From the NCBI GenBank assembly GCA_002269645.1, contig NIVC01002712.1, forward strand, positions 1 through 64,000: a stretch of DNA of 64,000 nucleotides. Reading direction: 5' to 3'. The notes beneath the pieces are model-generated. The model did not search any database. It saw only the letters and a list, made by a program, of their open reading frames with translations, and had not been told where the DNA came from. How positions within the stretch are numbered: position 1 is the stretch's first letter; each line of letters begins with the position of its first letter. This document shows positions 23,601 through 34,557 of this stretch, in pieces. The translations under genes were made by a program, and so were the position numbers. The DNA is from Macrostomum lignano. Taxonomy: Eukaryota.

Positions 23601-26600
23601 CCCTCTGACCCCCTACAGACACCCTCTGACCACCTACAGACACCCTCTGACCCCCTACAGACACCCTCTGACCACCTACAGACACCCTCTGACCACCTAC
23701 AGACACCCTCTGACCACCTACTGACCTACAGACACACACCACTGACCCCCACAGACACCCGCCAGTGACCCCTACAGACACCCACAATTACTCACCTTGG
23801 TGAGGTCGTTCCTCTCCTTCGTGGTCTCCGCCAGCTCCACGCTGACCTCAGCAAGCACCTGCTTCTTCTCGTCATTTTTCTCCTTTTGGGCGTTGAATTT
23901 TTTCACAGTTTCGCCCTGTGAATTTGAGAGTAGAACGAGAGATAAATTTTGGTACTAACATTCGGCTTTCCCTACTTATAGTAGGAAAAATAGAAACTCT
24001 GTGTAATAGGACACTTGTTTAAATTAGGACATCAATAAATTTAAATGAAATGGCGCCACTCATCTCAAATAAAATGGCGCCCCTCATCTCAAATGAAATG
24101 GCGCCCCCCTCATCTCAAATGAAATGGCGCCCCCCCCCTCATCTCAAATGAAATGGCGCCCCCCATCTCAAATGGAATGGCGCCCCTCATCTCAAATTAA
24201 ATGGCGCCACTCATCTCAAATGAAATGGCGCCCCCATCTCAAATGGAATGGCGCCCCTCATCTCAAATTAAATGACGCCACTCATCTCAAATGAAATGGC
24301 GCCCCTCATCTCAAATGAAATGGCGCCCCCCATCTCAAATGGAATGGCGCCCCTCATCTCAAATGAAATGGCGCCACTCATCTCAAATGAAATGGCGCCC
24401 CCATCTCAAATGGAATGGCGCCCCCCATCTCAAATGGAATGGCGCCCCTCATCTCAAATGAAATGGCGCCCCCCATCTCAAATGGAATGGCGCCCCTCAT
24501 CTCAAATAAAATGGCGCCACTCATCTCAAATGAAATGGCGCCCCCATCTCAAATAAAGTAGCTCTCAGATTAGGACCGCAAGTTAAAACTTAGTATCACC
24601 GTCTCCTCTGCCAGTTTCTGTTTGGTCTCCCGGTGTTGCGCTCGCTCCACCACCATCTGCTCCTTCAATCGGACCACGTCCTCCTCCAAGTCCACGATGT
24701 TCACATTGGCTGAGCGCACCGTGTCTCGATTCTCGTTCAACGAGATCTGCTCGCCAGCCTTGTCAGCGAGGCGCTCATTTAGTTTGGCCACCTCAGCTTC
24801 AAACACCAGCTTTATCACGTCTCGCTCAGGCCTGCAGGGTTTGATTTTAGGTGTGAATTTTCACGGGCTGGCTGACTGGAGTTTGAGAACTGCAACGGCT
24901 GTGTGCAGGTCTGCGTTTACCATTCTCTCATTTTCCTCTGTATCTTTCAATTCTCCACAAAAAACCTACTCTCCTCTCTGAACCCTCCCCTCCCCCCTTC
25001 TCCTTTCTCTCTCTCTCCTCTCCTCTCTTCAATCTCCCTTCTCCTCTCTTCCATCTCCCTTTTCCTCTCTTCCATCTCCCTTCTCCTCTCTTCCATCTCC
25101 CTTCTCCTCTCTTCCATCTCCCTTCTCCTCTCTTCCATCTTCCTTTTCCTCTCTTCAATCTCCCTTCTCCTCTCTTCAATCTCCCTTCTCCTCTCTTCCA
25201 TCTCCCTTCTCCTCTCTTCTATTTCCCTTCTCCTCTTTTCTATCTCCCTTCTCATCTCTCTTCCCTCTCCCCTCTCCTCTCTCCTCCCTCTTCTTCTTTT
25301 TAAGTACAAATTTTTCATTTTAAACGATAGAATATATAAATTGAACTCACCCCAGACCCTCGGTCTCCGCATCCAGCTGCTTGGCGTGAGTCTCCAGATA
25401 TTCAATTTCATCAATAATTTCCTGCAGCTGTCGCTTCAGTCCATTGATTGTGTCTTCGTTCAGGGATCTGGCAGCTTTGACGGCCTCTGCGGTGCGTTTG
25501 GGGGGAGGGGGCGGGTGGTCAAAGTCCCACCTATCAGTCATAATCCGCCCCCTACCCATCAGTGAGATCCGCTCCCTACCCATCAGTAAGATCCGCCCCC
25601 TACCCATCAGTAAGATCCGCCCCCTACCCATCAGTAAAATCCGCCCCCTACCCATCAGTAAGATCCGCCCCCTACGCATCAGTAAGATCCGCCCCCTACG
25701 CATCAGTAAGATCCGCCCCCTACCCATCAGTAAGATCCGCCCCCTACGCATCAGTAAGATCCGCCCCCTACCCATCAGTAAGATCCGCCCCCTACCCATC
25801 AGTGAGATCCGCTCCCTACCCATCAGTGAGATCCGCCCCCTACCCATCAGTGAGATCCGCTCCCTACCCATCAGTAAGATCCGCCCCCTACCCATCAGTA
25901 AAATCCTCCCCCTACCCATCAGTAAGATCCGCCCCCTACCCACCAGTAAGATCCGTCCCTCTACCTATAAACCGGCTTTTCATACAGATTCACTCACAAT
26001 CGTATAAGCAAGTAGATATCTTTACACAGTAAAGTAAAGATCTCTCAATGAATTCCCACTCGCATCTGTGGACCAATCTACCCCCCCCCCTTCTCTAGCA
26101 GAAAACTCAGGTGAAACTTATCGAGCACCAACCATGAATCTCGCGATTGATTTCGTCAGGATAGTGCATCAGCTTGTGCCGCACTGCGCAGCATTTGATA
26201 GTTTCAGTTTCAAGAATGTCTTTCGCTTTGTTTCTGTGCAGTTCCTGCGTTAAAAAAAATCGATATGATTTATTACAATGGAGGTGAAGTCTGATAAATA
26301 GAAAAAAACAATATGAATTTTTAATTTATTTTCAGCTCACAAGCTCGTGCAGTGCATCTATGATGTCGTCAATGTGTCCAACATCTGATTCCTTGAAATC
26401 AAACGGTTCTGAGCGCATTCGGCTGCCTGAATTTATTGCAAGTTTTTTAAACAAATATTTTATTCGTTAAAAATGAAAATAACTTTATTACATTTACAAA
26501 ATTATTCTTTTAATAAGTTGTGTCACAAATGCATAAATGACTGATATGATAATTATCTAAAATATTAATTAATTCTCGATTTTTTATAATTTGATTATAT

Positions 26601-26972
26601 TCGAAGAATATTAGATTTTATAGAATATTTTATTCTATTCGATAAAAATTTATAAAATTTGATTGTAAAATTTTTATGCTAAAATTGTGATTGTGGTTGA
26701 AAATAGAAAATTTAAAATAAATGCTTCAAAGTTAAGGAGTGAAAATTCAGTCACTATAGAATAATTTGCTTCTTAAATTAAGAAAAAAATCTTTAAAACT
26801 GACTAAGGACTATGCTAAAGTTAGCTGTAATTTACATATGAACATAGTGAAATGAAATAATAATATTTAACAGATTTGTGAATATTTGTTTACCTAATTC
26901 ATGCAAACGCTGGGCAGCAATGAGAACCTCTTTTACTTCTACAATTGAGAGCGTTTCTGACTCTTCAGACAT
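14639..26972 (-). CDS. CCDC175: CCDC175-like long coiled-coil protein, ~740 aa, 13-14 coding exons
   Basis: Exons with phase-consistent GT-AG: 26972-26894, 26426-26341, 26244-26133, 25486-25351, 24831-24600, 23915-23796, 23352-23243, 23160-23006, 22168-22105, (optional 21134-21078), 20242-20132, 17930-17859, 16642-16507, 15861-15347, 14921-14639 (TAA). ELHRNKAKDILETETIK..YPDEINREIHEAVKAARSLNEDTINGLKRQL aligns by eye with the CCDC175 family as I recall it; the paralog CCDC178 is not excluded. Confidence 0.75.
15000..15330. repeat. Degenerate ~31-bp intronic minisatellite
   Basis: Recurrent AATCCCACACCCCATC core. Confidence 0.7.
15885..16383. repeat. 23-bp intronic minisatellite
   Basis: GTCATAGACAGCAGACACTGTAT with 21-bp variants. 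Confidence 0.9.
16711..17718. mobile_element. hAT-type MITE inflated by an internal 21-bp minisatellite
   Basis: TIRs CATGGGCGTCGCCA / TGGCGACGCCCCTG; flanks CCAGGAGA / CCAGGATC (6 of 8 match, TSD-like); about 38 units of GAGTGCCTGCGGCGCTAAAAT at 16838-17635. Confidence 0.8.
18372..18950. repeat. 23-bp intronic minisatellite (~25 copies)
   Basis: CTGTGACCCCGTCTGTCTCTCAG. Confidence 0.95.
19235..19555. repeat. Degenerate ~21-bp repeat
   Basis: GGGAGATTAGAGATTA(A/G)G(A/G)AT units. Confidence 0.75.
19935..20105. repeat. Degenerate 11-13-bp repeat
   Basis: CCAATTAG core. Confidence 0.7.
20375..20745. repeat. 20-bp intronic minisatellite
   Basis: GGGTGAGATTGGATGGGATG. Confidence 0.95.
21200..22022. 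repeat. 30-bp G-rich intronic minisatellite
   Basis: GGGGGATTCCTCTGAGGGGGGTTT(A/C)AAGGA with degenerate flanks. Confidence 0.95.
22238..23044 (-). repeat. 51-bp array (~15-16 copies) containing exon end plus 5' splice site
   Basis: GGGACCTGAGCATTCAGAAGAAGGAGGAACTCAGAGATG|GTGAGTTGAGAT. Confidence 0.95.
23382..23785. repeat. 21-bp intronic minisatellite
   Basis: CTACAGACACCCTCTGACCCC. Confidence 0.95.
24042..24555. repeat. ~24-25-bp intronic minisatellite
   Basis: AAATGAAATGGCGCCCCTCATCTC with variable C-run. Confidence 0.95.
24990..25290. repeat. 21-bp pyrimidine/purine repeat
   Basis: CCTTCTCCTCTCTTCCATCTC. Confidence 0.9.
25530..25968. repeat. 24-bp intronic minisatellite
   Basis: CCATCAGTAAGATCCGCCCCCTAC. 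Confidence 0.95.
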
Positions 26973-28431
26973 CCTTATCGTATATCCTTCAGAGTAAGCG
27001 TCTATGGTAACTACAGCAAAAAATATATTGACTATATATTCTGTACAATGATGCTTGGAAAGGACACGAAAACCGAATGAAAAAGGATTGAAATTTCATA
27101 GTTAAATTGTGCTAACTCAAACATTCTAGCATTTAGAAAGAATAAATACATTAATAAGGTTTTATTTTCGTTTTATAAATTTATAAACACATAGATTCCA
27201 GTACTTATTAAATTCAATTGATAAAATACGACGTAAATTTGTTTATATATAAAGCTATAATCTACGGCTTGAATGAAAGCAATTATATATACAGATTTCT
27301 AAAACTTTTAAATTAGGACAATTTACTGACTTCATAATCTCAAAAATGTCAAGCCCCTGTGCAGCTCCTCAATCAAGAAAAAGCTATCAACGAACCTATC
27401 AGCCGAATATAAACAAACTTTCCTGTTATAGTACGTAAACAACGACACATCACACTCCTTTACCTGCACTACTAGTTACCTGTACGACTTTTATTTACCC
27501 ATTCATTTATAACCGTACCAAACCTAAAACTTACTTCTTCATCAGAAAGCAGCTGTAATTCAAAATAGTGATCACTTACCGTCAATCAATCTAGAAAAGT
27601 TGATTAGATCAAAATAAATCTATAGTGAAGTCAACTTGAAAATGGGCAAAGTCAACGCAGTTTTTTCCAGGTACATGTACATGTATACATGAACATCCAG
27701 CCGTTATTCCAGCAGTAATCATTCGAATAAAAAGTCTCGAAACTTTGTAGAAAAGCTGAGCAGAGTTAAAAAATTACGGCCTTACATCGTTTACAACGTA
27801 CGGTGCATGTACGTACGGCCGGTGCGTTACGGTATGGTACGTTAACTTTACTGCAGTATTTGAATTCATTTTACAGCAAAATCTAAAACTGTTTAAGGCC
27901 AATGAAAAGCATCAAAATTATCCATAACGTTCATCAGACCCGATATAGCTTTACATTCATGGTAGACCTGTGTACATATAAATCGACTCCGATCTACAAA
28001 AAAAGTATAATATAAATTATCTTTCTTTATTACAGATATAGTATATTTTTCCTCTTTGGACTGACATGCAATAGCTGCTGCAAATTACAACAGCATTTTA
28101 AAGCTGCATATGCAATTCTGCCTGAAAAAACTGAAATCTTATTTTAAACAAATACTTGCGCCAAAGTTACCAGAGTTCAACTGAGAATCCATGAGCTGAA
28201 GGACAGACGGAGCTCGACAGACAGACAGAGAAGAGATCGCAGACAGGCAGACAGACAGACAGACAGACAGACACGCAGATCCACAAATTCTCGGTAAATC
28301 GCAAAGAGCAAAAACGGGACAAAATATTTGCTTTTTCCCTTAACCTGTGGTGTATTTTGGATATGAAGTGAGCATTAGGAATCAATGGGTTTTATTCACC
28401 AGTAGTTTGCGAGGTGCCGCAGACCGCAGCC

Positions 28432-30450
28432 TCAGGGGCAGAAGGCCGACATCGCCTGCCGCACCTCATCGGCGCTCAGCTGCTTGCGAGCGACCCCGAA
28501 ACACCTTACGCAGAGTCGCTGAGATGTGGTATGATGGGGATAGAAAATGCCTAATCGAAGTTGCTGCAGTCCCAGTTCCTCAGCCACACGAGTCGAGTTC
28601 CCATAGTAAACGCTCAGCGGCTCTCCGATGGCAGGAGAATCCATAATGCGGTTCTTCATTGCCAGCCGAATGTCGCACCAGCTGCCAACACAGCCCGATC
28701 CGTTGAAGTCGTGGGAGTTGCGATGCCAAAGGAAATGCGTTGAGTTTCCAAGGTCGCGTTGCCCAACATGAAATCCAAATCTGTCCCCAGGATATTGATA
28801 AATGACAGCATAAAGGCTTGGCGCCCGATCCGGGCCCAAATGGTCTCTCAGGACCAACAGAAACTGAACCCCGCTGCCGCTGCTCCGAGTCAGCCTGAAG
28901 TACATGGTCCACTCTGCTGCATTCCAGATCGACTCATTGAATGCCACGGGAGCTCCGACATTGTAGAACTCCCCGTATTTGGCCTTTGAATTGTGCTTGA
29001 AGCAGGCCCCGTCCTCTGCCGACCTCTCCACGCCGAACTGGTCCTCGATGGCGAAGGTGCGCGGGTCCACCAGGTTGTCGAGGCCTCTCCTGAAGTCGAA
29101 CGCAGCCACGAGGCCGTCAACTGGTGGAGTGACGCCTCCGTCAGGCGCAGAGGTGACGCCTCCGTCAGGTGCAGAGGTGACGCCTCCGTCAGGTGCAGAG
29201 GTGACGCCTCCGTCAGGTGCAGAGGTGACGCCTCCGTCAGGTGCAGAGGTGACGCCTCCGTCAGGTGCAGAGGTGACGCCTCCGTCAGGTGCAGAGGTGA
29301 CGCCTCCGTCAGGCGCAGAGGTGACGCCTCCGTCAGGTGCAGAGGTGACGCCTCCGTCAGGTGCAGAGGTGACGCCTCCGTCAGGTGCAGAGGTGACGCC
29401 TCCGTCAGGTGCAGAGGTGACGCCTCCGTCAGGCGCAGAGGTGACGCCTCCGTCAGGTGCAGAGGTCACGCCTCCGTCAGGTGTGGAGGTGCCGTCCGAC
29501 GCCTCCGTCTTGCACACGAACCTGTGCCTGCTGTGGCACCTGTCGCTGCGCAGTCGACCAGCTGACAGCGTGACGCAGTTCACAGTCCAGTCTGCACTGT
29601 CCGGGTGTCCAGTCTCCCATGCGGGCAGCTTGTTGTCGTGTTTCCCTGAGAAATCCGTCCACTGGTAGCAGAGCTCGCAACCCGCACTGTCAGGGAAGCA
29701 GGGGTTCAGCTTGATGAGGCCGAGCCACACCGAGTCGAGCAGCTCTGCCGACTCGCAGCTGTCGATTCCGAAGCTGAGCTTGTTCACAAAGTCCAGCTCA
29801 GACTGGGTGAGCACCGACGCCAGCTGCGACGAGTTTCGCTGGCAGTAGAAGTTGGCCTCGTTGAAGTTGGCCTCAAACTGCGGCATCACGTAGCACTGCT
29901 CGTCGTGCAGCCACCAGCCGCTGGGACATCGACCCTTCGACCGCCACCACAAGTCGACGAGACTGCTGGAGTTGGCGCTCAACTTGCACACAAACGGGTG
30001 CCGCTCGTGATACAGCGAGTTGAGCCACCACTCACCGTCACTTCGGATCAGAGGCTTGTGAACGCTGTCCAGCTGAGAGAAGTTGTGTCTCTCGAAGCTC
30101 CCTACGCCTACGCCGTCCGTCCACCTGTAGCTTGTAGGGTCGGCCAGACGGTCGAGGTCGGTGCCGAACAAACCGATCCAAGCGTCTCTGCAGTGAGACA
30201 GTCGGCCTACCAGTCGGTTCTCTTGCTCACTTTGGATGGACGCGAGCTGAGCCCGGTGAGACAGACACGTCTGCTCGGCCTGAAACCAGTAGTTCGGCTC
30301 ACTGAACCACTTGTAGCATGAGTGAGCTCGGTGTGTCCAGCCGTGTCCTGGACACTGAGCAGAGGCGACGCCGGTGAGCAGCAGAGCTGCAGTGGCTGCG
30401 GCGAGGCAGGCAGCGAGTAGCTGGCGGTGCTGCATTTGCTGAGTCGCCAA
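28432..30450 (-). CDS. Secreted double C-type lectin with 8-aa mucin-like repeat and C-terminal beta-rich domain (672 aa, intronless)
   Basis: Hydrophobic signal peptide ending ASA-Q; two CTLDs (CPGHGW..CYKWF..WIGL..F.WTDG; CPSGWW..CYVM..VWLGL..WTD..HPD..CV..C..FVC); 14 copies of GVTSAPDG; C-terminal LVAAFDF.. domain possibly ConA/LamG-like (weak). Confidence 0.9.
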   Translation of the reverse strand: MATQQMQHRQLLAACLAAATAALLLTGVASAQCPGHGWTHRAHSCYKWFSEPNYWFQAEQTCLSHRAQLASIQSEQENRLVGRLSHCRDAWIGLFGTDLDRLADPTSYRWTDGVGVGSFERHNFSQLDSVHKPLIRSDGEWWLNSLYHERHPFVCKLSANSSSLVDLWWRSKGRCPSGWWLHDEQCYVMPQFEANFNEANFYCQRNSSQLASVLTQSELDFVNKLSFGIDSCESAELLDSVWLGLIKLNPCFPDSAGCELCYQWTDFSGKHDNKLPAWETGHPDSADWTVNCVTLSAGRLRSDRCHSRHRFVCKTEASDGTSTPDGGVTSAPDGGVTSAPDGGVTSAPDGGVTSAPDGGVTSAPDGGVTSAPDGGVTSAPDGGVTSAPDGGVTSAPDGGVTSAPDGGVTSAPDGGVTSAPDGGVTSAPDGGVTSAPDGGVTPPVDGLVAAFDFRRGLDNLVDPRTFAIEDQFGVERSAEDGACFKHNSKAKYGEFYNVGAPVAFNESIWNAAEWTMYFRLTRSSGSGVQFLLVLRDHLGPDRAPSLYAVIYQYPGDRFGFHVGQRDLGNSTHFLWHRNSHDFNGSGCVGSWCDIRLAMKNRIMDSPAIGEPLSVYYGNSTRVAEELGLQQLRLGIFYPHHTTSQRLCVRCFGVARKQLSADEVRQAMSAFCP
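29129..29490 (-). repeat. Coding 24-bp VNTR in the lectin (GVTSAPDG x14)
   Basis: GTGACGCCTCCGTCAGG(T/C)GCAGAG on + strand, exact 24-bp period. Confidence 0.95.
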
Positions 30451-30975
30451 TGGGAGTCGCTGATTGGAGCGGCCACTTTGAGTTGCAAATTTGAGCAGGT
30501 ATCGCGAGTCGGTATTTATCCACTCGAGCTGGTGGGAACTCGGCGCCTGCTGCAGGCCAGCTGCCGCAGATCGAGGGCAGCAGGGCTGTCAGAAGCAGCT
30601 CAGAGACAAACATATTTTCTGTTTTCTGCTGTTTTTATCAGCCAAATCAGTGTCAAAAGTGGCGCAAAATTGACGCAGAATTCAAGCTCAGCTCTACAAG
30701 GATTTGGCCGGCCTCTGCTCAGTTCTCACGAGCAATGAGGTGCAGGTGTGGCAGCTTGAACCACATGTGACAGGCTTTTTAATTTGCAGCTACGAGTAAT
30801 TATTGGATTAGCGACTAGCCTGCTAAAAAGCAACTGAAATTGCTTTCTGAGAATTCTGACAACGTGGTTACCTAGTCAATCAAGGCAGTGAAAACCTAGT
30901 CAAACACCAAGGCAATGGTTTCCCCACTGAAGTTGGTTCCGCATTCATTGCGTAATCATCTTTTTCTAAATCGGT

Positions 30976-31346
30976 CTACAGAAAGCAGTTTGGCTCAAAT
31001 GGTTCGGCAGCTGCCTGCATGAAAATAGGTCAATTTTTCTAAGAATTTGTCCCTTAGCCATCATTGGCGCTGTCTCACAGGCCAAACTTACATTAATGTG
31101 GGGCGCCATTTCATCTGAGGGACACAAGCAACGTGTAATGCAACGAGTCGCCAAAGCTTCTGCAAAGGTCTCTCTGGAGGTGTCAGGTGGGTTATTAATT
31201 ATCATTGCAGTGCAGAGGCGCAGCAGCTCAATCACCGACTCTGCAATGAGGAAGAGCTGCTCGAATGCAGAAATCATAAAGACAATTAATGCCAAAAACC
31301 GATCAAGTTGCTTTCGTTCCACATCAAATGGGTTGAGTATAAGCAT
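30976..31346 (-). CDS. Small uncharacterised two-exon ORF (or spliced UTR)
   Basis: ORF from ATG 31346 reads to the strong donor AAT|GTAAGT (exon end 31092), 77-nt intron, acceptor TTTTCATGCAG|GCA (31014), then AAAEPFEPNCFL*. No family recognised. Confidence 0.35.
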
Positions 31347-31435
31347 ATTTTTATTTTAATACATAACCAAGTTTAAAATTATTTACTAACAATTATGTAC
31401 AAAGTAACAAGCCTTTATCAATACAGTACAGTGCT

Positions 31436-31814
31436 CAATCCCACACTGCCTCAATTCCACACTGCCTCAATCCCACACTGTCTCAATCCCACACTGTCTC
31501 AATCCCACACTGTCTCAATCCCACACTGTCTCAATCCCACATGTCTCAATCCCACACTGTCTCAATCCCACACTGTCTCAATCCCACACTGCCTCAATCC
31601 CACACTGTCTCAATCCCACACTGTCTCAATTCCACAGTCTCAATCCCACACTGTCTCAATCCCACACTGTCTCAATCCCACACAGTCTCAATCCCACACT
31701 GCCTCAGTCCCACACTGTCTCAGTCCCACACTGCCTCAATCCTACACTGTCTCAATCCCACACTGCCTCAATCCCACACTGTCTCAATCCCACACTGTCT
31801 CAATCCCACACTGT
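31436..31814. repeat. 16-bp minisatellite
   Basis: TCAATCCCACACTGTC. Confidence 0.95.
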
Positions 31815-31835
31815 CCTCGGAGACCACAGGCCCCC

Positions 31836-33201
31836 TCACTTCCCCCTAGCTCCTGGCACAGAGGTCTCAATGGAGCCCCGCAGCACCAGCCGCCGGTGCC
31901 ACAGACACTCGCACAGCCGAGTCAGCAGTTGCCATGCGGACTCGGACGGCATGTCCGGCGAGAATCGAACCAACGGCAGCCGGCAGTCCCGCTCAAGCTG
32001 AAGCAGCTCAGCGCGGCTCACCACCTGAGCCTCTGGCTGGTCCAGCCGGGTCGCCACCAGCAGGCCGCACGGCGGGGCGCCCTCGGAGCCGCCGTCAAGA
32101 GTGCGACGGACGACTGCCGGCAGCTCAGCGACCGAAGCTCGGTCCGCCACGCTGAACACGAACAGCACGCAGTCGCAGGCGAGTCGAAGCTCGTTCCGCA
32201 GGTGCTCGAAACTGCGGCTTGCCGCATCGCCGGCCTCCCAGAACTGCAGGTGGCAGAGCAGCGGCGGCTCCTCCGGTGCTGTGGTGGCGGTGGCAGCTCG
32301 GCGAAGGCGGCACGGCCAGAACTGGCGGTGCACCGCGAGACCGGGGGTCTCCCGCCAGCTGGGGCTGGGGGACCGGCCTGGGAGAGAAAGGGCGTGGGGG
32401 CTTAGCTGAGATTGACACCTCAGCTGCACCTCAGCTGCACCTCAGCTACACCTCAGCTACACCTCAGCTGCACTTCAGCTGCACCTCAGCTGCACCTCAG
32501 CTACACCTCAGCTACACCTCAGCTCCACCTTAGCTACACCTCAGCTGCACCTCAGCTACAACTCAGCTACACCTCAGCTACACCTCAGCTCCACCTTAGC
32601 TACACCTCAGCTGCACTTCAGCTACACCTCAGCTACACCTTAGCTACACCTCAGCTACAACTCAGCTACACCTCAGCTACACCTCAGCTGCACTTTAGCT
32701 GCACCTCAGCTACAACTCAGCTACACCTCAGCTGCACCTCAGCTGCACCTCAGCTACACCTCAGCTGCACCTCAGCTACAACTCAGCTACACCTCAGCTA
32801 CACCTCAGCTGCACTTCAGCTACACCTCAGCTCCACCTTAGCTACACGTCAGCTGCACCTGAGCTGCACTTGAGCTACACCTCAGCTGCACCTCAGCTGC
32901 ACTTCAGCTACTCCAACCAACAGTCCAACACCCAAACGCCAATCAATCAATATCTGTCACCTGTCAGCGCGCTGATCAAAGCGGATTTGCCGACACCTGC
33001 CCGGCCAGTCACCGCCACTTTGAAAGGCCCAGCGGGTTGCCAAGCGGCTGCCAGCTGCTGAGGCTGAGGCGGCGACTCAAGCAAAGCGAACTGCAGAGGC
33101 CTCGGCTGACCCCGCGGCCACACGGCCTGCAGGTGCGGCGCCCCCTCTTGCGAGGCCAGCCAGTTGAACTGAAAGTGCGAGCCTCTGTCGCAGTGGTACA
33201 T
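31836..33201 (-). CDS. CPLANE2: CPLANE2/RSG1 atypical small GTPase (ciliogenesis and planar polarity effector 2), 260 aa
   Basis: Exons 33201-32961 and 32377-31836. Motifs FNWLASQEG, FALLESP, FKVAVTGRAGVGKSALI, RETPG..FWP, FWEAGDAASRSFEHL, VLFVFSVADRASVAELP, LCECLWH match RSG1 order and length. Confidence 0.9.
32416..32910. repeat. 11-bp minisatellite in the CPLANE2 intron
   Basis: CACCTCAGCT(A/G). Confidence 0.95.
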
Positions 33202-33280
33202 GCTGCTGCACCGAATGCCTTCAATGCGCTGGGGAGACTGCGGTTGCTGCTGGCAGCTGCGGGATCTGCGGGCGATGCTG

Positions 33281-33825
33281 TGTCAGGTGAGGCTCAGGTG
33301 GGTGTCAGGTGATGCTTAGGGTTGGGTGTCAGGTGAGGCTTAGGGTTGGGTGTCAGGTGATGCTTAGGGTTGGGTGTCAGGTGATGCTTAGGGTTGGGTG
33401 TCAGGTGAGGCTCAGGTGGGTGTCAGGTGATGCTTAGGGTTGGGTGTCAGGTGAGGCTTAGGGTTGGGTGTCAGGTGATGCTTAGGGTTGGGTGTCAGGT
33501 GATGCTTAGGGTTGGGTGTCAGGTGATGCTTAGGGTTGGGTGTCAGGTGATGCTTAGGGTTGGGTGTCAGGTGATGCTTAGGGTTGGGTGTCAGGTGGTG
33601 CTTAGGGTTGGGTGTCAGGTGAGGCTTAGGGTGGGTGTCAGGTGGTGCTCAGTGTGGGTGTAAGATGAGGCTCAGTGTGGGTGTCAGTTGGCGCTCAGTG
33701 TGGGTGTCAGGTGGTGCTCAGTGTGGGTGTCAGGTGGTGCTCAGTGTGGGTGTAAGATGAGGCTCAGTGTGGGTGTAAGATGAGGCTCAGTGTGGGTGTC
33801 AGTTGGCGCTCAGAGTGGGTGTCAG
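33281..33825. repeat. 24-bp minisatellite containing TTAGGG
   Basis: GTCAGGTGATGCTTAGGGTTGGGT grading into a CTCAGTGTGGGT variant. Confidence 0.95.
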
Positions 33826-34194
33826 GCGTGTTATGAGTAGTGGGCCTATAGATTTGTGAGTGGTGTATTTGAGGTTTAATCTCTGAGGGAAAAGAATTAA
33901 AAATAAAAAAATAAAATCAATGAAAATTTAAGAAACGAAGTTAAAATTTGGCACCGAATGTTTATCGTCGAAATCAACATCACTGATAAGAAAGCAATTA
34001 GAATTTACAGTTTCATCAGAATTATAACAGAATTCAGCATACTTAGCAATGGCTACTTTACTTTAAGAAGCAATGCAGAAATGTCCCTGAAAGTCAGCAG
34101 GACAGACAAGTTCAGCTTTTGCCTGTCCTGAGAGCATGAAAGAAAAATTGAATACAAATGTAACATGTAGTCACTTAGAGGTACTCGCAAATCA

Positions 34195-34545
34195 GAAATC
34201 ACACATTAATCACCCAGAAGTCACTCAGAAGTCACTCAAAAGTCACCCAGAAATCACTCAAAAATCTCCCAGAAGTCACTCAGAAGTCACTCAGAAGTCA
34301 CTCAAAAATCTCCCAGAAGTCACTCAAAAGTCACTCAGAAATCACTCAGAAGTCACTCAAAAATCTCCCAGAAATCACTCAGAAGTCACTCAAAAGTCAC
34401 TCAGAAATCACTCAAAAGTCACTCAGAAATCACTCAAAAATCTCCCAGAAGTCACTCAGAAGTCACTCAGAAGTCACTCAGAAGTCACTCAGAAGTCACC
34501 CAGATGTCACTCAGAAGTCACCCATATGTCACCCAGAAGTCACTC
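34195..34545. repeat. 11-bp minisatellite directly after the FOCAD stop
   Basis: GTCACTCAGAA and variants. Confidence 0.9.
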
Positions 34546-34557
34546 GCAGCCCACAGT

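Noticed and set aside
24947-25414. E/R-rich single-alpha-helix-like ORF
   Set aside because: Out of frame with the CCDC175 exon it overlaps and crosses a strong donor; it is a 21-bp purine repeat artefact.
33281-33640. Interstitial telomere or healed break
   Set aside because: TTAGGG occurs once per 24-bp unit and never in tandem.
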